DNA of 63,103 nucleotides, filler included, from Octopus bimaculoides (GCF_001194135.2; 9 parts of 9 records of this genome joined end to end with filler, not necessarily neighbours in it); one strand, 5' to 3'. Shown: positions 24,791-39,313, counted from the whole stretch's first letter. Numbers and translations are program-made. Notes: generated by a model not told the origin, from the letters alone.

Positions 24791-26215
24791 AGGCATACTC
24801 GCATATACGCACAAACACGCACACACCACATTCACGGGCACACATTCATTCATTCATTCATTCACGCAGTGTGATACACTCACGTAGAATCTTTACAGCA
24901 TGCTATCAAACACACAAACACAGATGTGTGTGTGTGCGTGTATGTGTGTTTGTGTTTGTGTGTGTGTGTATCTCTGTGTGCGTGTGTGTGTGTGTGTGTA
25001 TGTGTGTGTGTGTATATGCATGCATGTATATACAAGCATATACAACAGAACCGTAGAGAACATCGCTGAATAACCTGTTGGCTGTACAGCTACTGCAACT
25101 GCACTAGTTTATGCTGTCACAGGTTTAGCACTCACAAATCAAAACTGCAGACCTATTTTCGAATACGTTTATCAGGTAACCTTGAATCATAAAACACAAC
25201 GCCTGACGCTCCGCTTAGGCATAAGGTGCAATTTCCTGCGCCGGGATTAGCATGCAAGTAAGAAGTATTTAAAAAAGAACAACACAAAATGAAAGATTCA
25301 TACACACAGACACAGAAACACAACATGGCAGACACGAATGGACGTATTTCGTTTCCGCATGCATATAGAAATATATTGCATAATATCTGCTTAGTAATAG
25401 AGAAAAACCATATTCATCTGAAAGGTACTTGTTAGTGTTTCCTTAAATATCTATGTATCTCTGTATCTATCCATGTTTCTATCTATCTACACATATGAGT
25501 ATGTTCGTGTGTGTATATGTGCGTGCACACACTCCAACACATTTATATAAACATATATGCATGCGTGTGCACGTGCGTCTGTGTAAATGCATATATATAT
25601 AAACACGAGTGTGTGAGTATATATACATATGTGTGTGTTAAGCTAAGGCACTGACTTGAAGGGTATTAGATGTGTACGTCGTTCGTATGTCTGATGCGTG
25701 TTCTATCGGTTTCTTTTGAGAAAAACAATCTTTTAGTGGAACGTTATCAAACTAACAGTGGTTGTCCTTCGGTGGGCGTATAGCAAATACAGTATATATG
25801 TATAAGAGTAACTATGCATATGTGTCTGTGTATCTGTGCGTGTATCTATATATATAAGAGTGAATTTGTATGTGTGTGTGCGTATGTTCCTTTGTATTCG
25901 AAAACTGAGTTGCTGATTTTGACGTATGAGGTGTCAAAAGATTCAGTAATCTTTCGGCTTCCAACTGAACTTTAGTTTCATTTACATATTTACATTCCCC
26001 AAAATTATCATTATAATCTTTGTAAGTCATCAATCGTCAATATTTTATACCACGACGAAGACGACGGTGGCGTCACATCTTCTATATGAGTGTGTATGTG
26101 TCTGTGAATGTGCGCGTGTGTGTTCGCGTTCTTTACCTACGTAAGGCCGATGACTTACAAGTATATGTGGTTGACGGTGCATATGTATGTGAGAGTATAC
26201 ACAAATCTTTGTGAC

Positions 26216-26258
<43 letters not shown>

Positions 26259-27236
26259 TTTAGTATGACTGTGAAACTGTATGTCACAGTCTATGCCGAT
26301 TTTGAAAGAATTGAAGAGATATATCAAATATAAGGAGATATATAAAATATCATAGAAACAGCTGTAAGACGTTCTCTTTATAAACGTTCTGAAATCTTTC
26401 AGACCCTTAGATTTTTATCTCATTCTGTTAATTTTTTATATATACACATATATATACACATATATATATACATATATATANNNNNNNNNNNNNNNNNNNN
26501 NNNNNNNNNNNNNNNNNNNNNNNNNNNNNNNNNNNNNNNNNNNNNNNNNNNNNNNNNNNNNNNNNATATATATATATATATATATAATGTATATAGATAG
26601 ATATATAGATAGATATAGCTATAGATATAGTTATATATACACACATACATATACGTACATACACACGTTTAAACACGGACATACACACACAAAAACACAT
26701 ATATATAAATTGTAAGTTAGATTTTATGCAATTGTCTAAGAGGTAAAAGTATCCGCAGGTACTACTGGTATATTACCTACCTATGTATTGGCCTTGCTAT
26801 AAGGCTAACAGTAATTTAAATGGTAAACCGTAGTTTAATATATCCAGGTAAAAAAAGAAATTGAACAACAATTAACAATGAGAAATTGCTTTTTGGTATT
26901 AAAAGGTCATAGTTTAAATATAGTCAAAGTAACATTTACAGCTGCTTCAGTTTGTTATGTTTGTGATAAATGCAAATTTACCTCGAAAATAACATCAGAA
27001 ACAGCTATAAATGTTACTTAAACTTTAATTAAGCTATAACCATGTAATACTAATGATCAACTTCTAATTCTTAATTGTTGCTCCAATTCTTCTCTTATCT
27101 CTCTCTCTCTCTCCCTCTCCCTCTCCCTATATATATNNNNNNNNNNNNNNNNNNNNNNNNNNNNNNNNNNNNNNNNNNNNTTAATTAATTAANNNNNNNN
27201 NNNNNNNNNNNNNNNNNNNNNNNNNNNNNNNNNNNN

Positions 27237-27269
<33 letters not shown>

Positions 27270-27713
27270 GAAATAATCTACAAAATTGGTCAAAGTTTCT
27301 CGAGGCTTTGTTGTCTGTTTTGTTTCTTGTCCTGGTGCCAACATCTGCCGCATGACTCATACATGCACACACCCATACATGCACACAAACATGCACACAC
27401 ACACCCCTCCTATACTTGTACACAGATATACATAAATATTTACATACGTACGCACACACATGTACACAAGCACACACACGCACACTCCCATACTTGTACA
27501 TAAACATACATAAATATTTACATAAATACACCCATACATACACATGTAGACACACATGTAGACACACACACGCACACACACCTCAACCTTCTCCATAATC
27601 ACTACACAAAATAATTCTGCAAGTTAGTCATTCTGTTCCCACTCTCTCCCACTCTCTCTTTCTCTCTTCCTCCCCCTTGTCTTCTCTCTTTCCTCTCCCT
27701 TCTCCCCCCCCCC

Positions 27714-28020
27714 ATGGCCTCAGAATGACCAACATCTTGGAAATGGAATCTGGTAAACATGAAATACTTAGAAACTCACCATGTGTGTGTGTGTGTGTGC
27801 GTGGGCTTTTGTATCTGTATTTGTCCCCCCCCCACCTGCTTGACAACCGGTGTTGGTGTGTTTATGTCCTGTAACTTAGCAGTTTGGTAAAAGAAACCAA
27901 TAAAATAAGCACCAGTGTCAAAAAACAAAGTATTGAGCTGGATTCATTTCACTAAAAGCTCCTCGAGGCGGTCCTCCAGCGTGGCCACAGTCTAATGACT
28001 GAAACAAGTAAAAGATAAAA
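27714..28020 (+). mobile_element. SINE family B (partial head, internal GT repeat, tail)
   Basis: ttgtccccc..gcttgacaaccggtgttggtgtgttta..gactgaaacaagtaaaaga is shared with many copies. Confidence 0.85.
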
Positions 28021-28059
28021 TATATATACATATATATATATATATCATCATTGTTCATC

Positions 28060-28320
28060 ATCATCATCATCATCGTCGTTTAACGTCCGCTTTCCATGCT
28101 GGCATGAGTTGGACGGTTCGACTGGGGTTTGGGAAGCCAGGAGGCTGCACCAGGCTCCAATCTGATCTGGCAGAGTTTCTACAGCTGGATGCCCTTCCTA
28201 ACGCCAACCACTCCGAGAGTGTAGTGGATGCTTTTACGTGCCACCGGCACGAGGGCCAGTCAGGCGGAACTGGCAACGGCCACGCTCAAAAAGATGTTTT
28301 TTACGTGCCACCTGCACATA
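28060..28320 (-). mobile_element. SINE family C 3' part with (GAT)n tail (also 34225-34425 +, 43225-43432 +, 44128-44237 -, 56765-57030 -)
   Basis: Shared gtggttggcgttaggaagggcatccagctgtagaa ... gtccaacccatgccagcatggaaagcggacgttaaacgatgatg in five copies. Confidence 0.88.
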
Positions 28321-28653
28321 TATATATGGCAAGANNNNNNNNNNNNNNNNNNNNNNNNNNNNNNNNNNNNNNNNNNNNNNNNNNNNNNNNNNNNNNNNNN
28401 NNNNNNNNNNNNNNNNNNNNNNNNNNNNNNNNNNNNNNNNNNNNNNNNNNNNNNNNNNNNNNNNNNNNNNNNNNNNNNNNNNNNNNNNNNNNNNNNNNNN
28501 NNNNNNNNNNNNNNNNNNNNNNNNNNNNNNNNNNNNNNNNNNNNNNNNNNNNNNNNNNNNNNNNNNNNNNNNNNNNNNNNNNNNNNNNNNNNNNNNNNNN
28601 NNNNNNNNNNNNNNNNNNNNNNNNNNNNNNNNNNNNNNNNNNNNNNNNNNNNA

Positions 28654-28795
28654 TACATATATATATACATACATACATATATATATACATACATACATAT
28701 ATATATACATACATACATATATATATACATACATACATATATATATACATACATACATATATATATACATACATACATATATATATACATACATA
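28654..28795. repeat. Higher-order 20-bp repeat (atatatatacatacatacat) x7
   Basis: Read directly. Confidence 0.9.
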
Positions 28796-30551
28796 TATAT
28801 ATATACATACATATATATATATATACACACACACACACATACACACACGCACACATATATATATATATAAAGAGGGAGACATAAAGAGAGGTCTGTGTAT
28901 GTATCTGGGCAGGAACCATGTCAGTGAAATGTGGTGATTCTATTCTAGCCCCAAAATAATGGTAAAGTGCAGATTTGGTTATCTGCTGCACCTTCCACTG
29001 TTGCTTGGCCTGCGATTTATACAGATAAACCTTCAGTGAACCCCTACGAAAAAGACAATAAAATTACGACCCCCCCCCCCNNNNNNNNNNNNNNNNNNNN
29101 NNNNNNNNNNNNNNNNNNNNNNNNNNNNNNNNNNNNNNNNNNNNNNNNNNNNNNNNNNNNNNNNNNNNNNNNNNNNNNNNNNNNNNNNNNNNNNNNNNNN
29201 NNNNNNNNNNNNNNNNNNNNNNNNNNNNNNNNNNNNNNNNNNNNNNNNACCAGTTCCCGGAACATTAACAGGAGGAGCTTCTCGCTGGTTGGTGAACCTT
29301 TGTTATGTGTGAGTCATCAACAGTTTGTACTGCACAGAAGAGGTGGTGGTGTTAGGGAATGTGTGGTATTCATGCCTTTCTCATTGCTGTGAAAGAGGAG
29401 TAAAAGAATTTCGCTCTGGCTGGTTTTCTTCCTATTGAACAGTTTTATGCGATAATATTGGACATATACACACAGCCACGTACACACACACACACACACA
29501 CACACACCGCCACGTACATACACACACACACACACACACACACATGTGTGTGTGTGTGTATAGAAAGAGAGAGAGAGATGTATAAATGTGTGTGTGTGTA
29601 AATGGTAACGATGATGATATATGTGTGTGTACGTATCTATGTGTATATATGTATGTATATTTATGTATGTGCATGTATGTATGTATATTATATCTATACA
29701 TACACACACACACACACACACAAATATTTATATCTATATATATACACACATACATATAATATGTATATGAAGCTAAAGACACGAGAGAGTAAATTGGTGA
29801 AAAAAAAGCCCAAATTAAATGCATGTAAAACTGTTCTGCTTCTTAAACTCCCAGACACTGAATTTAGATCAGAAAAAGACAAAAAAATACGATAAAAGTA
29901 GACATGGATACAAAAAAGAAAAATCTTGAAAATTGCAATGTAATATAATTTGACTGTTCCACAGCGAAATGTTGACAAAGGGTAGGGCAGACTGACATTT
30001 CTCCTCCTCTCTCTCTTTCTTTTCTCAGTTGGTTCGGAAAAGAGAGAGAGAAAGGGGGAGAGAGAGAGAGGGAGATAAAGAAAGGAGGAGAGGAAGAGAG
30101 GTAGACAGAGAGAGAAAGAAGGAATGAAAGAGATGCGTACATGTAAATATGTGGCACATGTGAAAAGCTCGGAGTTGTACTCGAGGAATATCGAAAGAGA
30201 ATGAGGTTATTGAAATTGGCAGCCTATCAATGCCGATGTCTTGGAGAAGAACAAAAAAGAAAGAAAAAGAAAAAACCCATTATCAATGGAAACTGCTTGA
30301 GGGAATATCAGATCTTCTTGTGTATTGGTTCTTGTGGCTGCAATGACAGCAGTGTTCTGGAAAACCATTAGATATTCTTTCAGAGTTCCATGGAAGAACG
30401 TAAAAAGGTTTAGAGACGAAATAAAAAAATGTGGAATAAATTTCTGCATAAATAAGTTCATAACATGTATCTGTGAATGGCTAAGACTCGATCGCCTTGT
30501 CCACCTAGGTGTAAATAGGTTCAGCGAGCTATAATACAATTTATCACAGTA

Positions 30552-30713
30552 GGCGCAGGTGTGGATGTGTGGTAAGATGTTACCCTGCCAACAACATGGT
30601 CCCGGGTTCAGTCCCACTGTGTGGCATCTTGAGCAAGTCTCTTCTACTATAGCCTCAGGCTGATTAAAGCCTTGTGAGTGGGTTTGATTGATGGAAACTG
30701 AGAGAAGCCCATC

Positions 30714-30755
<42 letters not shown>

Positions 30756-31140
30756 TCTTATTCTTTTACATGTTTCAGTCATTTGACTGTGGCCATGCTG
30801 TAGCACTGCTTTTAGTTAAACAAATCGACCCCAAGACTCTTTTGCCAAACTGCTAAGTTACAGGGATGTAAACACACCAACATCAATTTTAAAGCTATGG
30901 TTGGGGGACAGGTACAGACACACAAATGCATACATACATACATATATATATATATACATACACGACAGGCTTCTTTCAGTTTCCTTCTACCAAATCCACT
31001 CACAAAGCTTTAGTCATCCTGAGGCTATATTATGTGTGTGTTTGTGTCTGTGTCTGTGCTCATCCCCCACCACTGCTTGACAACTGGTGTTCGTGCATTT
31101 ACATCCCTGTAACTTAGCTGTTCAGCAAAAGAGACCGACT
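30552..31140. mobile_element. Nested SINE B: plus copy (head 30552-30716, tail 31035-31140) with an antisense copy (30756-31028) inserted in its internal (TA)n
   Basis: Order is head(+), (TA)n, tail(-), head(-), tail(+). Confidence 0.85.
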
Positions 31141-34100
31141 TGAAAAAAAATAAAAACAAAGCACATGGGTNNNNNNNNNNNNNNNNNNNNNNNNNNNNNN
31201 NNNNNNNNNNNNNNNNNNNNNNNNNNNNNNNNNNNNNNNNNNNNNNNNNNNNNNNNNNNNNNNNNNNNNNNNNNNNNNNNNNNNNNNNNNNNNNNNNNNN
31301 NNNNNNNNNNNNNNNNNNNNNNNNNNNNNNNNNNNNNNNNNNNNNNNNNNNNNNNNNNNNNNNNNNNNNNNNNNNNNNNNNNNNNNNNNNNNNNNNNNNN
31401 NNNNNNNNNNNNNNNNNNNNNNNNNNNNNNNNNNNNNNNNNNNNNNNNNNNNNNNNNNNGTGCGTGGGCGTCAGTCTGCAGATTTTTATTGTAATATGGA
31501 TTTCCTTCGAAGAAAGCGAATGGCATCGTCGTTGCATGTTGTAGAATATCTTTGCTGTTATTGGGGTGGGGGAGGGGCGGGGTTTATGGAAAGTATGGAG
31601 AGAGTTAAAAGATGACTCCCTCCCCACCCCTCCTCGCCTACATAACCAACATCCATACCACCACCACCACCACCACTAACAACAACAACAACATTGGTTC
31701 TTCAGGATGCTGATGATGAGGATGGCAACAATGGTAATGGTTGTGGTGACTGTAGTGATGATGATGATGATGATGATGTTGGTGGCGGTGGTGGTGGTGA
31801 TGATGATGATAACGATGATGGTGATGGTGATGTTAATATTGGCAACCTCCTTCACAGACTGCATCCACCCCATGGAAGCCATGTTTGGTCTGTTCCAAAG
31901 CAGGCCATTAACTAAATTAACATCCACCATTCAATAAGCTGATAGTTTCACAAAGTGTTTATTTAAGCCGATCTCTGATTTGTCTTGGAGATATTCTTTC
32001 GCAACAATGAGAGAATGGTAGACTTTTGGGTCGACAAAAATTCCTCAATACATATGAAGGTGGTGGTGGTGGTGGTAGCAGTGGTGGCTGTGATCGTTGT
32101 GGGGATGATGATGATGATGATGGTGATTGTGGTAGTGGTGGTGGTGGTAGTGATAGTAGTGGTGGTGGTGGTAGTGGTGATGATGAAGTTCCTTGTTTTT
32201 AGTGTCGGCCTCTTCATAACGGCGATGCCATATCATTAGAGATTCTTCTAGATTTAAGATAGATTTTTATTGTTTGGTCGAAGAACACCAGAGATTTCTG
32301 GAGACTCCAGAAGAGGCTGAGCAAAGAGAGGCAGAGACAAAGAAAGAAAGAAGCAAGCAAGCCACAAGCAAAGTCCGTCTGTCGAACAAATTGCCTGAAT
32401 CTTTTAAAAGGCGAAAATAGTCAGAGAGAAAACCTTTGAGTTGAATTTCATGTGAAAATAATGCGTCCACTGTACAAAAGTGCGTACAGTTTATCGTGAA
32501 TGAATATGGATGGGAAAAGAGAGAGAAAAAGAAGGAAGGAAGGAAAGAAAAGTGGTTTCTGCTGTTCAGATCTTTTATTGATTTCTGCCTCCTCGTTTTG
32601 GAAATGGTTGAATAAAATATTCCATTTTCTAAGTTGTTCCACCATAATATATAAGCGATGACTATTTGTAGATATGTCTGTGACCACTGGTATAAATCAA
32701 TGCAAGAAATAGAGGAAAGAAAGAATAAAAACACAGAATAAAAAAAAATACAAAAATATGTAAAAATAAAAAAATGAAAAATAAAAAAATAATGGTACGA
32801 TTCCAAGTGTTTGAATCTCTGAGGTGGCAATCCTCTCTTTCTCTCTCTTTATAGTTCCTCACCACCACCACCACCACCACCACCATCTGGGTTTTGCTGA
32901 AAATCTTCGAGGCAAATTAACATTGTCGAAATAAGAATTGTTGCTCCAGCTTGGCAGAGTGTCTTATGACGAATATTTTTAGTCTCATGGACACGCCTCA
33001 AGCTCTGAATTACTATATTTCTTGAACATTTCAATTGTTCTTAAGTCTTATNNNNNNNNNNNNNNNNNNNNNNNNNNNNNNNNNNNNNNNNNNNNNNNNN
33101 NNNNNNNNNNNNNNNNNNNNNNNNNNNNNNNNNNNNNNNNNNNNNNNNNNNNNNNNNNNNNNNNNNNNNNNNNNNNNNNNNNNNNNNNNNNNNNNNNNNN
33201 NNATTTTATTATAGTCACATTTACATTTAGATTGTCTCACTTTTATTTTAAGATCTGTTGTATTTGTGCAAGTGCTTTTTGATTATTTTAAGATTTGTAG
33301 CTTCCTTATGTTTAATCAACAATTTAAATCTAGGTTGTAGCCGTTGTTGCTCATGTCGTCGGTGGCTGTGACAGTGGGATGTGAACAGCAGCGTCGAGAA
33401 GAATCTATCTATAACTTAATGATTCAATCAGACGTTGTTGTCACTTGGATGGCTGTGCTGGTGTGGTTGTCTGATGGTTTGTAGTGGTGAATGGTTAATT
33501 TAGTGAATGAAAATATGTCATTTGAGCTACAGGAAGAAGTGACTGAACAACTCTCGTGAACAATCAAGAGAAAATCTTTTTATTATCGGACATAGAATCA
33601 AGCTGTGTTGGTCTTTTACAGATAACAAAAGCAATAATTACGTACTGGGAGAGGGAAAGAGAGAGTGAGAGATACAGCAAACTATTGATATGACAACATG
33701 TTATGTGATTTGCCCAACATAGCTGGAAACAAGTGTGCTATATTTGTGGCAATGGAGGCTCTTGGTCATCTGTCCGAACCATCCGTCTTAACCTTCCAGG
33801 GTTGTCTGGTTGTAGCAAGAGTAGAGACACATTGCGCAGCTGTCTCAACACTCTGCAATTAATTACTGCCAAGAGTTGTCTTTTTATAGGACTCAAGGAG
33901 AAGATTATAGAAGATCGAGTCACATGATGGTTTGACACAGATTGCTTGTTTAATAGACTGATCATGTGAAACTACTGTAGCTTGGTCGTGATGTATGGCT
34001 GGTTACCTAGTGGTTAAGTTTCAAATCACTGCTACATTTAAAACAATAGTTCTGAGATTCTGTGGTAAGACTGAGCTAGATTATAATGAATAGTTCAAAT

Positions 34101-34660
34101 ATTTGATGCCGAAAGTCTATTTATCTTTGGTTTTTAATTTTTGACCAATTTCAAAACTACCTTCCTCAGTACTATTCCCCACACCACTCAACTGAGGGGT
34201 TCTTGTCTTGTAAATAATTTGATGACATCACTGGTGCTGGTGCCATATAAAAAGCACTCAGGATGCTCTGTAAAGTGGTTGGCATTAAGAAGGGCTTCCA
34301 ACCATAGAAACCATTCTAAAACAAACAGCAGGGAATGGTTCAGTCTTCTGACTTGTCAGCCCCTGTCGAACCGTCCAACCCATGCCAGCATGGAAAAACG
34401 GACGTTAAATGATGATGATGATGTCTTTGACAATTCCAGACTGTTTTGAACTTATTTTGAGCACAAATTTTGGCCCACTCTTCGTACATTGTTCTTTTAA
34501 CAGAGCATATCTATGAAGAAATTTTCTCTCAGACAAAAACCATAGCATCATGCCTNNNNNNNNNNNNNNNNNNNNNNNNNNNNNNNNNNNNNNNNNNNNT
34601 TAATTAATTAANNNNNNNNNNNNNNNNNNNNNNNNNNNNNNNNNNNNNNNNNNNNTATAT

Positions 34661-34691
<31 letters not shown>

Positions 34692-35310
34692 CATACATAC
34701 ACACATACATATATATATACTCACACACAAAATAATGATAATGAGCAAAACTATGACAAAGGCGATGATCAAGATGATAATGATCATGCTTGTGGAGATT
34801 CTCATTAAAGGGCAAAATATCAAAAAAATTGGGATGTTTCCAACATACAAATTAAAGTAATTACTTAAATACAACACATACACTTGTTGGATTTCCTGTT
34901 TTAATTTTCATCTACTGATTCAAAGAAGGATACACTTTGAAAGCTTCCTCTTGGTTTCTTCAGTAAACTCTGGAGATGATATTGGCTCCGTAGTGTAATG
35001 CTCTGAACAAAAATGCATTTAAATTTCTCAATGATTTGATTTGTTGTTCACAACTTCAAGGTGAATTTTAAACAAATTACGTCTCTGTTACAGTTAAATA
35101 CAGCAAGTAAGAAATGGACTATACAAGTAGTTCACTTCTTCAGTGCTCCTTTCTATAAGGAAATGAGTATATTGTCCATCATGAAATCTTTATAAACTGA
35201 TGCTTCTTTCTGAAAGACAGTTTTCTCTCAACTTGGCTAGCTGTAACTCTCTTAACTCTCAAACACATATTTATATTTAAGAGCATACATGAGAATGCTC
35301 ATGTGCATAC

Positions 35311-35362
<52 letters not shown>

Positions 35363-35576
35363 NNNNNNNNNNNNNNNNNNNNNNNNNNNNNNNNNNNNNN
35401 NNNNNNNNNNNNNNNNNNNNNNNNNNNNNNNNNNNNNNNNNNNNNNNNNNNNNNNNNNNNNNNNNNNNNNNNNNNNNNNNNNNNNNNNNNNNNNNNNNNN
35501 NNNNNNNNNNNNNNNNNNNNNNNNNNNNNNNNNNNNNNNNNNNNNNNNNNNNNNNNNNNNNNNNNNNNNNNNNNNN

Positions 35577-35609
<33 letters not shown>

Positions 35610-36596
35610 TATACACATACTTATATGTGTGTGTTTCTGTGTGTGTGTAGATATGTATGGTTATATACATATTATTATTATTATTATTATTATTATTAGT
35701 ATAATTTTAAGATTATATTATTATACACTAGTGTCTTCATCTTTGTTGATATAGGCACAACATTTTGAGCAATGTACTCTTAGTCATTCTTCTAGTGCCT
35801 GTAATATTTAGTAATGTTCTTGGAATTTCAAAACAGACCCTTTATTCAAAGCATGGGGACAAGAACGTTGTTCCCATTCAGATGTCCATATCAAAGTTGT
35901 TCTCATATTAGTTATTCTTATACTTGTGAAATTACTTGTTCATTTCCACTTATGTATATTCAGATTCAGTAATCCATGAGATTGAACTCATGTCTACTCA
36001 GTTAAGTGCAAACATCAAATATAACCAACGCTTATATTCACTCTACTATTATCCTGTATGGCAGTAAGACAATGGAAATTAAAAGCTTTAAACATTCCAA
36101 CCTTACATTACTGTTATGTTTAATGTTCCTTATTTCCATTACTAAAGACAATAGTATTGAGTATGAAAGCATTTATCAAGAATTAACTGTTAAGTGTTAT
36201 AGTTAACCTGGCAGGCATAAGTTCAATTCTCATGTCAGTGATTCTATAAACACTCTTCTTTCAAGGGCATGAACAAGAGACATCACAAGCAGCCTGCCAA
36301 GTATAAAAATGTGGAATGAGAACAGGCTACATCCATGATTCAAAAACAAATTATGTTTGATTTGAAATTCTGAGTGTTAAGAGGTAAAGTTGGCACACAA
36401 GAAAGACTAATGGTTACAGCTAATGAAACGTTGTCATTTATCACAAACAAGATGAGTAACAAGACTATACTGGTAAAAAAATTAAATACTATATAACTAT
36501 TATAATTTAACAACACAGAAATTCTTATACAGATTACACACACACACACACACACACATACACACAATTACATGTATGTCTATGTACATAAATACG

Positions 36597-36638
<42 letters not shown>

Positions 36639-37121
36639 NNNNNNNNNNNNNNNNNNNNNNNNNNNNNNNNNNNNNNNNNNNNNNNNNNNNNNNNNNNNNN
36701 NNNNNNNNNNNNNNNNNNNNNNNNNNNNNNNNNNNNNNNNNNNNNNNNNNNNNNNNNNNNNNNNNNNNNNNNNNNNNNNNNNNNNNNNNNNNNNNNNNNN
36801 NNNNNNNNNNNNNNNNNNNNNNNNNNNNNNNNNNNNNNNNNNNNNNNNNNNNNNNNNNNNNNNNNNNNNNNNNNNNNNNNNNNNNNNNNNNNNNNNNNNN
36901 NNNNNNNNNNNNNNNNNNNNNNNNNNNNNNNNNNNNNNNNNNNNNNNNNNNNNNNNNNNNNNNNNNNNNNNNNNNNNNNNNNNNNNNNNNNNNNNNNNNN
37001 NNNNNNNNNNNNNNNNNNNNNNNNNNNNNNNNNNNNNNNNNNNNNNNNNNNNNNNNNNNNNNNNNNNNNNNNNNNNNNNNNNNNNNNNNNNNNNNNNNNN
37101 NNNNNNNNNNNNNNNNNNNNN

Positions 37122-37170
<49 letters not shown>

Positions 37171-38097
37171 TAAATGATGATGACGATGATGATTATATAT
37201 CCATAAAGACACTTTTGAGGAAAATCTGGCATCAGAAATACTTTTAGAGGAGGCCAAAGAACAAACTGTTATCGAAGGTTATTTAACTTTGTAGTTTTTT
37301 TTTTAATGATATATTGTAAAATTAAGTTAAAATATTGCAATATTAAGAGAGAAAATAATGATGATACTAATTATTATGATAATTATTATTGTTATTAGAA
37401 GAAAATAAATAGCAATGTATTTCAGTTATTTTTAGAATGCGAAAATAAATATAAAAAAATAAAACAATATAAGCATATAATTGTATATATGTTATGAAAA
37501 TTTATTCAGTATACATTAAAGTATGTATATTGGCATTTGTACATATTTCCATGTTTATATTACTGCATGCAGACTCTGTGTGTGTGATTGGGTTTCTATA
37601 TTTTAAGTAATATATGTTAGTAGATATATATATGTGTATATCTATCTATCTATCTATCTATTTATCTATCTATCACTATACATATGATACATATGTGTAT
37701 GTGTGTGTGTATGTGTGTGTGTGTCTGTGTGTGTGTGCGTGTCTGTGTGTGTGTGCGTGTCTGTGTGTGTGTGTGTGTGTGAGGGTGTGTCTTCACATCT
37801 TGGTATGGGTATTCATGTGTATGCAGGTATATAGGAAGACAGAAATATCAAAAATGGGACTCAATACAGTAGAGATGTTAAGTTTCCTCATCTTTTGACA
37901 TAATTGTAGTTGCCTACATGTAAAGTATAGGAAACAAGTAACAGNNNNNNNNNNNNNNNNNNNNNNNNNNNNNNNNNNNNNNNNNNNNTTAATTAATTAA
38001 NNNNNNNNNNNNNNNNNNNNNNNNNNNNNNNNNNNNNNNNNNNNGGACAAGAACGCGAGACATCCAGACAGTTAGGTGAAACAAAAAAAAAAGGGAC

Positions 38098-38315
38098 AAC
38101 AAAATATCCAGACAGACGATACAAGGAAAACAAGGACGGATCATTCGGAGTTTTCTATCCTCAGTCGAGTTCCAGATTATCGTTGCAATTTCAGCTGGTT
38201 ATACTCGAATATAACCAGCCGAAATCGCAAAGATAATCTGGAACTCGACTGAGGATAGAAAACTCCGAATGATCCGTCCTTGTTTTCCTTGTATCGTCTG
38301 TCTGGATATTTTGTT
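38098..38315. repeat. Long inverted repeat: 106-bp arms, 6-nt loop, 3 mismatches (fold-back/MITE-like)
   Basis: 38098-38203 is the reverse complement of 38210-38315; loop ctcgaa. Confidence 0.95.
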
Positions 38316-38588
38316 CGATTTGTTCGATTAAACATTTGAAGGGGGTGCCCAAGTATGGATGCTGTCCAATGATTGAAACACGTAAAAGATAAAATTGCAT
38401 GCATATATATATTTAGAGCAATCTCTCTCATTCTCTCTCTCGCTATATACATATAAATATACATGCATATGTACATATACATACATGCATATATATACAT
38501 ACATATGTATGTATGTACGTATGTATGTATCTATCTATATATCTGTCTGTCTGTCTCCATCTAGCTATCAGTCTCTCTCTCTCTCTCT

Positions 38589-38620
<32 letters not shown>

Positions 38621-38630
38621 NNNNNNNNNN

Positions 38631-38672
<42 letters not shown>

Positions 38673-39282
38673 GTTCAAAAAGTCTCTCTGCAGTATATAT
38701 TTGACCTTACAAGAAGACTTTAATAAAAAAAAAAAACTATATAAGAAATGTTAAAAGTGTTGTCCTTCATTTTCACTACACAAGTTGACTCTTCTACGCA
38801 TGTTTTGAAATGCATCTCGGAGAGTATATTTCTTAAAGTGTCAGGATGAAAAAAAAACTTCAGTGCGGAGAGACGTCTTGAACACCCTGTACATATGCTG
38901 CATACACACATAAGTATACATACTTACTTATGTGTACACACACAAACACACACACATATGCATGTTTGTACGTTAGTGGATATATGAAATTTAGTGGGAA
39001 TCAAACACCGAATATTTTGTTATTGGATCAAACGTCATTATGGCGGTGTTTAAGGGCGTTTGACACGGATTCTTTTATTCAGGTCAAAGCTGTAAAAAGA
39101 CTTGAACAAAGAAGAAAGCAAAAAAAGAAAAAAAAAAGAAAAAAAGGTGAAAATCACAAAAAAAAAGGAGATAAAAACATTTGCACACAAAATAATAAAT
39201 AATCACCAGAAAGAAAATTAAGAAAGGAAATTATGTCAAAACAATAATAACAATAACAATAAAAATAATAATAATAATAATA

Positions 39283-39313
<31 letters not shown>

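Noticed and set aside
28104-28330. ORF MSWTVRLGFGKPGGCTRLQSDLAEFLQLDALPNANHS (and its relative at 56821-57075)
   Set aside because: Antisense reading of SINE family C.
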